64,000 bases of DNA from Salpingoeca rosetta (lineage: Eukaryota > Protista > Choanoflagellata): contig JAWQFM010000005.1 in NCBI GenBank assembly GCA_033442325.1, forward strand, positions 1,336,329 through 1,400,328, in the 5' to 3' direction. Position numbers and translations under genes: made by a program. The notes beneath the pieces were generated by a model. It was given only the letters and a program-made list of their open reading frames with translations. It had not been told where the DNA came from and made no database searches. How positions within the stretch are numbered: the stretch's first letter is position 1; every line of letters begins with the position of its first letter. Of this stretch, positions 12,704 to 26,236 are shown one piece after another.

Positions 12704-15700
12704 CACAGCACACATACACACAGTCACACACAGACACACCTGGATGGGTGAGGAGGCCATGAGCGAGGAGCCATTTTCGGCAATGCACGGCACAGTTGCG
12801 TTGCGCGTCATAAACACCACCTGTGATGCAACCTGCAGAAACACGTCCATGAAGGACGATGCTTCGGCAAGGTTCACACGCACTGGAGCGGGTTGGGTGA
12901 GCGGGCCAAGCGTGTTCTTGGGCACCATGGCCTGCCGCGCGTCCACCTCCACCGCAAACACGAACTCGTCCTGTTGTGTCAGAAACGATGACACAATGGC
13001 GAACAAGGCAATGCACGCGACGCGCGGCACGTCTCGTTCCAGCAGATCACAGCTCTCCGGCAGCACCAGCAGCGCAGTGAACATGGTCATGCTGCTGCGG
13101 CTGATGCGGAACCCACGGCATGCACCGCCACGCCGCGACCGAGAATCGAGGAAGAAGCGCGGGCTTGGCAGCGGGCGGGGGCGGTGGCGGGGGCGCACAA
13201 GCTGCTGCCACTGCCGCTGCACCAGCTGGTGGTGGATGGGGTCGGCCTGCATGGAGAGAAGTGGGGCCAAGGCCTCAAAGCGATGCAGATCACCACACAC
13301 GCCGTCCCCATTGTGGCCATCACCACAGTCATCACCTGTGCCGCTGCCGCTGCCACGGCGACTGCCCGTGGAGGGTGTGCGGCGCCTGTGAAATGCAGAG
13401 ACGCCGACGCTGCGCGGGCGTGTGGATGCGTTGACGTCCTGTGCTGCTGGTGCTGGTCGCGTTGGCCGCAGTGGTGACGAGCGTCGCCGTCGCCGTCGCG
13501 TCGGGGTGCGCACAGCCGCCGTGGGCCCTCCCGTACCTCGCGCTGTTGCTGGCGCTGTTGCTGTTGGCGGTGCTAGGGAGGCGGGCTGACCAGCGTCGCG
13601 GGGAGCAACGGGTGCGTCGGCCGCGGTGGCGGACGGCGACTCACGGGTTGCACGTGCCCCAGTGTCAGCACTGCGATCGCCGGCACGTGCGCCCTGTGCA
13701 GCGTCTTCGCCCTTGGCTGTGGGCTGGCCGTCGCTGCCTTCCTTTGCGTGCGCGTGCACACGTGCGGCCGAGTACCGGCGGCGGCGTGGCGTCGGCGATG
13801 ATGATGATGATGATGCAAGCGGGGCATCGGACCCCGATTCCGGCACGGACAACGACGAATTGGATGGCGGCTGCGGTGCAACTGCGGACGTGGGCGGAGC
13901 TGGCGGTGGGTGTGGGTGGAGCAGTGATGTGGATGCTGCTGGCTTCGGCGACGATTGGGAGATGCGCTGCGGCTGCACGAGTGCAAAGTAGTGGTTGAGG
14001 ATGGCGGTGGTGATGGCAGCAAGCGACCAGAAGTCGAGGTCGAAGCGAAGACATTCACACGCTAGCATCAGCAAGTCGTCGTGCTGTGCAATGTGCACGT
14101 GCATTGACGGTGTGCTGCTGGTCAGTGGCAGCGGCAGCCCAATGTTGAGCACGGTGTCTTGCAATGCACGCTCCTGGGAGGGGGCCTTTACAACGGCGAT
14201 GGCAGCGGCAATGACAGTGGTGGCAGCAACAGTGAGAAAGCAGCTCTTAGTGTGCAGGCGCGCGCTTGTGTGTGCGTGTGCGTGTACGTGTGTGAATGTG
14301 TGTGCGTGCGTGTGTGTATGAATGTGTGTATGTGTTGTTCAACATTGAGAATGCGCAAATGCTTGCGGAAAAGGGACAGGAAACGTGCACACACACAGCA
14401 CGTACCTGTGTCACGCGTATTCTTGGCGGTGCATGGCACCAGGAAAACGATTGTGCACTGAGCAGCAGCGGTGTGTGGGCTTCAGTCTTCTCAGCGTCAC
14501 TTGCATCAGGAACGTGCGCCCTCCCTTGTTGTTGGTGTTGTTGTTGGTTGTCCTCGTTCGGGCGGAGTACAAGTGGTAACACGTGTCTGCACACGTCCTC
14601 AGCCGCCTGAAACGCGTGGCGAACAGCACAACAAGTGTGAACACGAAGCACTGTTGAGCGAAGAACGGCAGCACAAGCGAACACGGTCGCAACACTGACA
14701 CGTAGCACACGCGATGGTCACTGCGCGCACACACACACAAACCTGCACGCACATACACACAGCGCACATACACACAGCGCACAGAGCAAACGCCGAGACA
14801 AGATCGGAAGAACCTCAACCACAACCCATCATGTGTTGGGCATCCATGTCGATACCTTGTGCAAAACGTCGGCACGAACTGCCCCTGTCAGCTGAAGCAG
14901 AATGGTGTGCGTGTCCAGCGCGTTCGTTGCAGTCGAAGATGCTCCCTCCTGCTGCTGTTGTGTGTGTGTGTGTGTATGTGTATGTGTGTGTGTGAGTGCG
15001 TGTGTGCGTACGTGCGCGTACGTTTGTGTGAGATTGCAGCCGGCATGATAAGAACAGTGCCGTTTGGCAAAACCACAGGTACGCACGGGGGCTGTGTGTA
15101 CATGTGTGTGTGTGAGCGATTGTGTGCACATACACACGCGCGCGAGTCAGTTCCTACCTTGTGAAGGAGCTGAAGCTGCAGTGGTGAGAGTGGCTGAAGC
15201 TGCCCAACCTGTGCCTGCATGCATGCACGATGATGGAGGCAAAGGCAATGCACTGTCAGTGCATGTTGAAGGCGCAAGCTTGCACGACTAACAAACGGAC
15301 ATGCGGCAACAGAAACAAAACAGTCCAAACCAAAACACGACGGCAAGCAATGGAGCAAGGAAGGAATGGGGCATTCAAGCGGCCGAGCGAACAGCCAAAC
15401 AATCAAACCAAGGTAGGCAATGCAACAACGCGCTGGCGCACCGGCTGGGTGTAGAGCTGTTTGTGTTCGATTGTTGGAAGAACGAAATAGGAAGACGGCA
15501 GCCAATCCTTCTCTTCCTCTTCCTCTTCCTCTTCCTCCTCCTCCTCCTCATCATTGTCTTCTTCTTCGTCCACTTCTCTCTCGTGCTCCTCATTGTCATC
15601 ACCACCATCACATGCAACACTGGCCTTGCTCCCACCCTCCACCCCCGTATACACGTGCTTGTGCGCACCAGCACCTGCACCAGTGCCGGCCGGGTGGAAG

Positions 15701-17442
15701 TCTGTGAGCTCGAGTGACGTGTCTGGGGAGGCCACCACGCGCCCCAGGGACGAGCGTCGATAGTCACCGAATGCGGGCTGTGCACTCGGGCGCCTCCCCC
15801 GCTCCTCAAGCAGGTCGACATCAACCACAACGGTCGTTGGCGACGGCATGAATCCTTCGCTGTTTGGTCGCACAAAGCGGTGCGTGCCCGCTGACGCGTG
15901 TGGCGACGCCGGATAACTCGTGACGGTCGTTGTTGTGGTTGTGGTGGTTGCGCTGGCGCCTGTTGCTGCAGTCGCAACACGTGGGCCTCTTGATGCTGTT
16001 GTCGTCATCGAGGCAGCGCCCTGCGACGACGTTGGTGGCGGGGGAGCGATGCGCCCCGAGGGAGAAAGGCTGAAGCGCCGCCGTTGCACAAACGGCGAGA
16101 CGGACTCGTGTGCACGGTGGAGGTGGTCTGGTCCAGCGCCCACGCCTGTTGGCGCCACGCCCGACGCAGACGTTAGCGATGACGATGACGGCGGCGGCGG
16201 CGGTGGCGTGTGGCCCACGGGGGAGCTGCCAAATGATAAGGACCGCGGGTCGGTGATGGTGTGTTCGCGTGACGATGGGCGAGATGCTGATGACAGTCGC
16301 ATTTGGCTCCGTCGCCTCGCACCGCCACTGCCGCCACTGCCACTGCTAAGCGCTGCTGTGCTGCTGGTGCTGCTTGGTGGTCGCAAGTGCACCATCTGTG
16401 CGGCCGAACCGGCGCTGCTCGTCGGTGAAGGCCCCAGCGTCGATGATGGCGACACGCCGCCAGCAACCGTCAGGGTGGTGGCAGTGGTGTTGGCAGTGGT
16501 GGTGGGTCTGTCGTTGGACGCGGGCCGTGACACGGGGCGAGACGCGGCGCGGGAGGAAGGAAAGGAGCAGGCGTACGCTGCGACAAGCTCCTGGGACGAT
16601 GGTCGTGAGTACACGTGTTCGCGCGACGAGGGGCGACTGCGGCCCGAGCTCGCCGACGGTGGGCGTGGGCGGAGGCCTGCGCGCGGAGATGAGCCCCCTG
16701 GTTGAAGTGGCGTCTCGCTGCTGCTGCCGAGGCGACGCGTTGTGTAGCGCTGAGCGGTAGGCGGGGTGGCTGCAGGCCGCATGCCACCACTGTAGCGTGC
16801 ACTGCCGCCCCGTTCACGGGCGATGCTTGGTGAGCGCGATGAGCGAGAGCTGCCAGTGTTTGGGCGTGTGCGTAGGTCCTCCCGACTGCTACCGTGGCTG
16901 ATGCTGACATGCTCCACTCGCATCGCCTCATCGTGCAGGTCTCGGCTGTAGCGGTGGTGGTGGTGATGGTGCCCTGCGCCGGTGTATGACAGGGGAGGTG
17001 TCAGGCGCATACCATCCTTGGAAATGCATTGTGCTGGAGATGACAGCGCTCGAAGCAGTGGTGAGTCGCCGTCAAAGCCGGAGTTGTCGCTGCTGCCGTC
17101 AACACCACCGCCGCCATCATTATTGCCAGGGTGCGCGATGGTGACGGCTTCATCACGATGCTTGTTGGTGTGGGTTGAAGACGGCGGCGCTGGTAAGCTG
17201 TGGCTTGTGACGGGCGCTGTTGGGGTGCGCGTATTGCTGCGGCTTGCTGTTGTTCGTGGACGCGGATCGTTGCTGCTCTGCCGCTGTGCCAGGTCTCCCA
17301 TGTCTGCTGCATCTGGTGCTGGCGAGCACGAGCGTGTTCTTAGCCTCGCAGAGAGCGGCCGTTTGTAGCGGGTGGAGCGCGTGACGCGCGGTGGCGTCGG
17401 GGACGACTGCGCAGGCAGTGCACCCGGCGTGTCCGAGTCCAT
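12032..17442 (-). CDS. Large Ser/Pro/Arg-rich disordered protein with a C-terminal NRPS condensation-like domain (degenerate active site)
   Basis: Exon 17442-15442 is low complexity and has a poly-Glu tract. Later exons give PLSPLQLQLL, TILLQLTGAVRADVLHK|AAEDVCRH, LRFDLDFWSLAAITTAILNHY, LFAIVSSFLTQQDEFVFAVEVDAR, LGPLTQPAPVRVNL...SFMDVFLQVASQV and LLERMDALL, collinear with condensation-domain core motifs. Additional 5' exons beyond the gap at 17555 are possible. Confidence 0.65.
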
Positions 17443-17450
17443 CCTCTTGC

Positions 17451-17554
<104 letters not shown>

Positions 17555-17654
17555 NNNNNNNNNNNNNNNNNNNNNNNNNNNNNNNNNNNNNNNNNNNNNN
17601 NNNNNNNNNNNNNNNNNNNNNNNNNNNNNNNNNNNNNNNNNNNNNNNNNNNNNN
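17555..17654. other. Assembly gap (100 N) next to a (GT)n tract
   Basis: Run of N. Confidence 1.
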
Positions 17655-18509
17655 GGCACCTGGCGCATGCTATGCTAGGATCACCCCGCGCGCACGCACA
17701 CGCACACACACACACACACATACACGCACACACACACACACATACACGCACATACACGCACATACACGCACATACACGCACACACACATACAAGCACGCA
17801 CGCACACCCATTGTACCCACGTACCTGAAAGTGGTTGCACTAATGTCTTGGTGAAGTGGTGAGGCGATGACATGCAACCCAGTCAAGGCCAACAGGCCTC
17901 ACAGCACCGTGCTTGGTGTGCTATTGCAGCAGCTGTTGCGGCTACGGCTTGGTTGAAGCTAGAGAGAGAGAGAGAGAGATAGAGATAAGGGAAGGGACAG
18001 GCAAGTGCGCCGGTGACGGCGTGCGTGTCATGTGAGTGGTGTGACATGACGAAGTGCACGGCTTGTGGTTGTGTGAGTGAACTCGTTCCCTGTGTGGTGG
18101 GTGTGGCTTTTGCACTTCACTCGAGTGTGAGATGCTTGTGGATTGAGTGTGTTGTGCTTGCAAGAAGGGGAGAGCCTCCTTCACATTGTCATCCTCTAAC
18201 ACCATACCTTCTCTGACGTGTCCTGTCTGCTACGCACACCGTGCTCGGCACGACGGCTCACAGTCAATCAATCAAGTCAAGGACAACCAACCCACAAACA
18301 CAAACACACGCTTGCTTGCTTGCTTGCTTGCTTCGTAGCCCTTTGCCGTTGCTCCTTGCTTGTGTGTGTGTGCGAAGAAAAAACAAAATCTATTCTTTTG
18401 CACAAACGCCCGTCCTTCCTGTTGCCAAGCGAAGAAGACACCAAACAGGTGGCGATGCGTGCGCTGAGTGGATGGTGTGGATGGTGCTCGCTCTGCGTTG
18501 CTTGGCTTT

Positions 18510-18554
<45 letters not shown>

Positions 18555-18641
18555 TGGCTTTGCGCTGACCGAGTCATCGTCCAGTCATCGCTGATAATGT
18601 GCTGTGTGGTACATGTGTGTTTGAAAGGGACAGGGCCCGCC

Positions 18642-18738
18642 ATGATGGCAGAGGATGAGATTGTGGAGGTGCGCGCACTGCCGGATCGCGTCGTGGACCG
18701 AGCAACCCACCATGGTGCGCCCTTATTGAGTGTTCCAC

Positions 18739-18786
<48 letters not shown>

Positions 18787-18833
18787 TGCAGAATGTGTGC
18801 GTCGGTCTGTGCTCTCTCAACCAACCGTACCAC

Positions 18834-18910
<77 letters not shown>

Positions 18911-21900
18911 CATGTTCCTTGTCGTGCTGCTACTGGTCACGGCTACTCCCTGTTCTTCGTTGTGTTGTGTGAGTGCGCTGCAAGACCCACCTCACGCTTT
19001 CCCTATTCATGACGACGTGCCAAATAGCTGGTGGGAGCAATGGAGAGCTGTCGCTGACAGAGCGCATCGGCCGTGACAGACACGACCGCCACATCTCTGC
19101 GTGGAACAAACTGCATGCAGACCTCGCGGCCGTCCGAGAAGAGGTGACATGACAACGCAACAGAAAAAAAAGGGGGTTATGAACCACAGTCGTGTTTACA
19201 CACACACAAGCACATGAAGGAGATGCACCCATCATCGTTCCATGGACTGCTCACACGCACACAACAAACAAACAAACAAACAAACAAACAAACAAACAAA
19301 CACACGCACCCGCACACACACTCACACACACGCACACACACTCACGCACACACACACACACACATACGCTGCAAGGTGGACGAGCGCATTATGGAGCACA
19401 GCCAGCGTGCAAGGCAAAAGATCTTGGAGAGCGATGAGGAAGCGAGGGAGCTGCTTGCCCAGCTGCAGGACGACCGTGCACTGCGCACCATGTCATGGCA
19501 GCAAGTGGTCATGTGTCGCACCATGATCACGGAGCATCTGCAGGGCTGCAACTCCATCATCGACACACTCTACAACACGCTCATGGAGATTGAGGCCCAG
19601 CGCGTGGAAAAGGTGTGCTGTGCTGTGCTGGGCCGTATCGCTGTGTCGTGCTGTGCTGCATTGTGAACACTTTTTCTTCTTTTGGTTGGCACACCCCACG
19701 CCATCCAGCTGAGGCACCCTTCACCCACTTGCACCCCTCACCCCTCGCAAACACACATGTGTACGTCTTCAATGTCAGCTGCGCGGGGTGCTGCGCGATG
19801 CGCACCGCTTGATTGTCTCCATTGCGCACGTGCTCCCGTCAGAGGCAGATCGCATGGTGTACGCCGAAGCTGAGGTGTGTGCCCTGTGCATGTTCCTGTT
19901 GCTGGCTCTTGTGTTAGTCCAAACACGCACACACTCACTCACACACGCACAAACGCAAACGCAAACGCACACACAAACACAACCACAAACACAAACACAA
20001 CCACAAACACAAACGCTCGTACACACACATACACAAACACCCCCGCAGGAGATCAATCGCACAATGCTCGACAACTATGTTGCATACGCGGATGTAAAGG
20101 CGCAGCTTCTTGCTGATCGCGTGAACATGGAGGAACACATGGACGTGCAGTGGGAAATCCTTTCCGAACGGTAAAACGCTCGTGCGTGTGTGCGTGTGCG
20201 TGCGCGTGTGCGTGTGCGTGTGTGTGTCGTGTGCGTGTGCGTGTGTGCGTGTGCGTGCGTGTGCGTGCGTGTGTGCGTGTGCGTGTGCGTGCGTGTGTGC
20301 GTGTGCGTGCGTGTGTGAGCGTTCGTGTACGTACGTGGAGTCGTGATGTGCCGAGTGCATAACTGTGCGTTGAGAGTGATGTGCCCATCATGCGAGGCGT
20401 GTTGTGCGCGATTTCGGGGGCTTGCCTGTGGTGTCAGTGTCAGGTTAACTGCCTGGTCCTCATTCACCCTCATCTGACCGCGTCCGTTGTGCCGCAGGTG
20501 GAAGCACTTCAAGGAGCAAGACTTGACCCAGCAATGCTTGGACACCATTCTCGATCTCACAGCTTACGATGTGCGTTGCCCTCTTGTCTGCTGCGCGCTT
20601 GTCGTCACTTGCACTCTCACTCTACCATGCTGACCAACGCACCCCATCTGCACATGCTAACGAAACACACACACGCACATGTGCACATGCGCACATATGC
20701 CACGTCTTGCACATGTGAACAGGAACAACGCTGTTTGCGCTTGGATCAATTCAACCGCGACCTGCACGATCTCATGCAAACCAGGTGTGCGCGTATGTGT
20801 GTGTGCGCGTGTATGTGTGCATGCGTGTGCGTGCGTGTATGCGTGTGTTTGTGTTCACACGTGTATCGATGTGTGTGTGTGTGTTCATGCGTACACCCTG
20901 CTGTGCTGTGTATTTTCTCCGCTGTCTCTACCACCTGTGTTGTTACTTGCACTCACACTCGCCGTGTTTTTGCTATGCACTCACGCCACCCGTGTTGCTG
21001 CTGCTGCTGCTGCTGCTGCTGTCACCAGGATTGAGCTGATGAAGAGCGCCGCGCACCTCTCGCCCGCGTTTGCTGCAGCCAGCGAATATGACGCAAGGCT
21101 GCAGGCGTGGCAGGCAGACATGCGGAACATCCACAACACATACGCGCAGATGCACCACACGCTTCGCTCAGACCTGCAGCGGCTCCTGCAGGAGAAACAG
21201 GACGAGGTGCGTGCAGCGAGTGCCCGCGGTGGAAGATGGAGAGTGCACAGGACCGAAATCACACACTTCTGACGTGTTTTTAGGTGGCGTCAACAACTTC
21301 ATGGCCACGCACACACACACATACACACATACACACATCGCACACATACAACACGCACGCGTTTGAGAACAAGTCGGGTGCTTTTGTATGTATACCATAT
21401 CACCCACAGTCACATCACTTCGAGCCTCACCCTCTCATGCGCCACCACCACCAACACCGCCATCACTCGCGCCAGTGCAACGCTGCGGTGACGTCGTGCC
21501 TGCGGTCGCTGGTCGACGAGAACGTTTGCAGCCCTGAGCGGGCACGGCTGCTGGTGGACAGGGAGTGCAGACATGCGTGTGTTGTTGTGCTGCGCGACAG
21601 CCACAAGGAGACGGAAGCTTTTGTGCAAGCCCTGGATGATGTGGTGCGAACATACGACACTGCTGCTGCTTGTGGTGATGGTGGTGATGGCAGGAGTGCT
21701 TCGCTGGTGTGAGTTGGTGTGTCACGTTTTATCTGCCTTCCGTATCTCACATCAACTTTCACTCACCATGCAACCAACAATGCCGACCCCCCCCCCACCA
21801 CCACCACCACGATCACCATGCACACGACTGGCGCCATGTCTCGAATCACCCAGTCTGCGACGCTGCACGCGGAGGCCGATGCGCTGACAGAGATTTGTCG

Positions 21901-22218
21901 AAGTCTGTATGAGCAGTGGACGGAGTGCGGGCAGATGGTGGCACAGCAGGAGGATGCTGTTGTTGAGAAGATCCACGGCCTGCGCTCACTGCTACGCCAG
22001 AGGCAGGCGGAGACGGAGCAGGCACTTGACATGAAGATTGACGCGTTGCGGCAGGCCGGCAGCAAAGACGCCCTTGCTGGGCTCAAGCGCGCTGTTGAGA
22101 CGCATCTCACGCAGGCGAAGAAGCTGCTGGAGGAGTATGGTGACAGCGCAAAGGGTGTCCCAACCACGCACCCAACCAAGATTAAAGCGCAGGCTGAGGT
22201 TAGTAGTTGACCTGTGCA

Positions 22219-22271
<53 letters not shown>

Positions 22272-25200
22272 GTGCGCAAGGGAAAGTGCCGCTTGATCCA
22301 TGACTCAGCGTCCTCCACCGTCTTTGACACACGCGCATGTTCGTGGCATGTGCTCATAACTGACTCCTCTTCGCGGCGACATGTTGTGCTGTGTTCTGGC
22401 AGGCGTACTTTGAGCGCGTGGAGGCAATTCTGGGCGTCGTTCGTCTCTCTGAGAAGGTGGCGCCGCTCAGTTTTTGTCTGATTTTTTGTTCATGGGCTGC
22501 CGTGACACCAGTGCAACGAACTGCTCGCGTGTTTTCCTTTCACTGTGTGCGTTCTGTTCCGTCTTTCGCGCCGACGTCAACCATTTCACAACCGAAACCA
22601 CCACCACTACCGCCCACAACCAAACCCACACCACTACCACCGACAACACCATCCTCAACAATCACCACCTCCACAACCAGGCGGCTGACCGTGAGGCGGA
22701 TCCACGCCACATTGTTCGCGCACATGGACGCGATTTCCGCATGAAGCGGCGGCGCTGGGCGCCCACCCTCATCGGCGTGCGCAACCACGCACCCGTCTCC
22801 AGCTCACAGTCACGCACGTCCTCACGTGGAAGCACGCGCACACGCGCGAGCGAAGTGCAGGGCGGGGAGAAGCGCGCGGTGTTTCTGAGCACGCTGCCAA
22901 AGCTGCGGCGGGTCGTGAGCCGTGTTGACTCCACGGTTGCTGTTGATGAGGCGGAGGTGGCCAAGGAGCGGCGAGAGCGAGGCCTACAGCCGCCAGGGAA
23001 CAGAAGAAGTACAGGAAGAAACAGCACAAACAGCGTGGCCGTGGTGGGCGAGCTTGGCTCTCTCACCGTCACGCCGCGGCGACGGAGCCGAGTGCGGGCA
23101 AGCGCACAAACGATGATGACGACAGTCAGCGAGGTGACGAATGGTGGCAACAGTCGGGTGCGGCACACCGCAGATGCAACCGCCTCTGAAGCAGGCGGGA
23201 GCCATGCCGGACGCGGCAGCGACACGCAGAGGACAGCAGCAAACGTCGTGGTTGTTGAGGACCACGATGATGATGATGATGATGATGGTGATGGTGATGG
23301 CGACGCAGCTGTGGGTCTGCGTGAGGATGACGAGTATGATGAAGTGCTGGATGAGCGCGATGAGTTCGGCGGTAACGGCATGGAAGACGAAGGCGTTGAA
23401 GAGGAGGACGCAGATCTTATTGGGCTGGATGACGCAGAGCGTGAGCAGCGGAGGCTGGATCCACTCGCCCGTCCCTTTGTTCGCCAGCACATTCCTGCCG
23501 TCCGCCTTGCCTCTGACGTTGCTGCCAGGGAGGTTGTCCACAACATTGCGCTCTCCGAGAACGATGCACTCAAGGTGCGCTGTACACGTGCACACATGTC
23601 CGCGCGTTTGCGTGTGTGCATATTTGTGTTTGCTCGTGTGTTTGCTCGTGTGTTTGCTCGTGTACGTGTATGAGTGGGTGTTTGCATGTGTTTCGATGCA
23701 CGCTCCTCCTTTGTTCTTTACCAATGCGTCGTGCATGAGTCATGAGCGTTATTGTGTGTCGTCGTGTGATGCTGGTATGGTTCACGCTCACCGAGCAATT
23801 GGCCTTGCTGTTGCATGTGTTATGTTGGGACAGATTTGGGCGCACATTTGCAGCTCATGGCTCTCTCACGCGGACGATTTTCAAGCAGAGAGTGTGGAGC
23901 ATGCAGAGGAGGTATGTGGAACTTGGACATGTGCATGCTTGTGTACTTGCGCGCGCGCGCGTGTGTGTGTGTGCGAGTGTATGCGCGCGCGCGTGTGTGC
24001 TTGGTGTGAGTCCTTGCATTCCTCCCACAAACACACACACAACACTACAGCACATGACACCAACCTAATCGCTTGTGTGCCTGTGTGTGTGTGTGTGTGT
24101 GTGCTCCGTGCGTTTCCAGTTTTCGACTGCGCGCCGCCGGGAAGTGGAGGCGGAGGTGGATGCGGCCATTGAAATGCACGACGGGCGCATGCGGGTGAGC
24201 GCCTGTCTTGCTGTTCGGGCGACACGGGGTGCATGGAGACAGTGTGGAGTTTGGACCATTTGTTGGTGGTGGTGATGTTGTTGTTGTGGTTGCAGTTGTT
24301 ATTGGTGGCTTGGGTGTTGCACTTCCCGGTGCTGTTCGACATTGCTATGTTTTGTTGTTGTTGCTGCGTGTACTACCAAGGAAGCGTTTGTTCAATGCAA
24401 CCGACGCAAACAGTCACCCTGAACACATGATATCATGTTACCGTTTACAGCGTATCGAGGAAGATGTGCACAATGTGCGGGCGGCCGAGTTGATGATGCA
24501 CCAGCATCGCGTGTATCAGCACAGCCAGGCCGTCGAACAGGAGCTATTGCAGGAGAAAGACAGGTTCGTGATAGACTGGTGGATGGATGGTTTGGTGAGG
24601 TACATGGTTGTTTGCAGTGCTGTGCATGTGCACATGTATGTCGCATGTGCATGTTGGCATCCCCGTTCATACACTCACATGCCCCATCTGCATGTGCGCC
24701 GCATGTGCGCGTTTGCATGTGTGTGTGTGTGTTCGCGTGTGTGTGTGCATTTGCAGGTCGGGCGAGCTTCAGCAGCAGTTGAATCGGGAGGCGCTTCAGT
24801 TTGAGCGAGCGATTGATCTCGCCTGTGGCGAACTCTGCTCAAAACGGTCGCGCAAGGAACTGCAAATGCACAAGGAAGCGGTGCGTGCACGTACACATGT
24901 GAACGCATATGTGTGCATGTGTGTGCGCTTGAATGTACACGTGCCTGCACCTGCATCTGCATTGCATGCCCTTGTCCCCGCTCCCAGTGCGTGCTGGGAA
25001 TGTGATCTTGCTTGTGCTGAGCAATTGTTTCATCTTCACGCTTGCGCGTGTGTGTGTTTTGTGCGCCAGATTGAGGATCAGTATCGCGGATACCGCAAGG
25101 TGATTCGGGAAGCGCTCATCCAATACAGAAAGGTGGGCACCACGCCGCTGTGCTATGATGTGCTTTGTTTCTTCTTGTTGACGTGATGACGCCTGACTGT

Positions 25201-26188
25201 GTTTCTGACCGTGTTTCTGACCATGTTTCTCACGCACATGTCACTTGTTGCCTCATTGCCAACTGTCACGTGCGGTCGTGTGCACACGCATGCAGTCCCT
25301 GGATGTGTTTCTGCGTCGCTTGAAGGAGAGCAACGCGTCATTCCGCGCATCTTTTCGCTCCTTCACGGAGAACGGAAACTTCAGCTCAGATGAAATTGTG
25401 CAATACAAGCAGGTGCAGTATGACTGTGCACCGCTTGTTTGCTGTTTGTCGTGCCTACATATTTAGGGCATTGCTGCTGTTCATTCGATTTATGTTCTGT
25501 TGTCCACTCCGCTCGCAGCTATCTCTTGTTTTGCCAGCACGCCCGCTTCCTCGCCTGTGTGAACATACATGCATGCGTGTTTGCTTTCCTGTGCTTTGAG
25601 TTGATATCCTAACACAGAACACACACACACACAAACATCTTCACGAACACGCACATATGCAGGTGATTACGCACGTGTTCTCGCGAATCGATCAGATTGA
25701 GGGCGACATTCTCACCGAGCTGGAAGGTGAAGCACCTTTCCTGTGATTCACTCCAATGCTAATCATGGGTGGAGTGGAGACAACTCTCAGTTCCTGGGAG
25801 ATGATCACTCCACCACACATTAAACCACACATTCCACGTTTTACAGATGCACGCGTTGTCTTACTTGTATGTTGTTATCAACACAAGCACCTATTCTCAC
25901 CCGCCCTTCCACCCATGCACACACATGCACACATGCACACATGCACACATGCACATACACTTTCTCATGGCAGGTCTGGAGTCGTCATTTATGGCGCAGG
26001 CGAACGGGCACATGGAGCGGTTCCAGAACGACTACACCATCCACCACCGCGACGTGTCATTGCTGGAGGACACCCGCCACATGATCAGCACGTGCAAGGT
26101 CAAGATTCAGTCCGAAATCAACAAGTGCGACTCTGCCTTCAAGAAGGTCGGTCCATAGCAACGCACTTGTGCGTGTGGTCTTGTTCAC

Positions 26189-26236
<48 letters not shown>

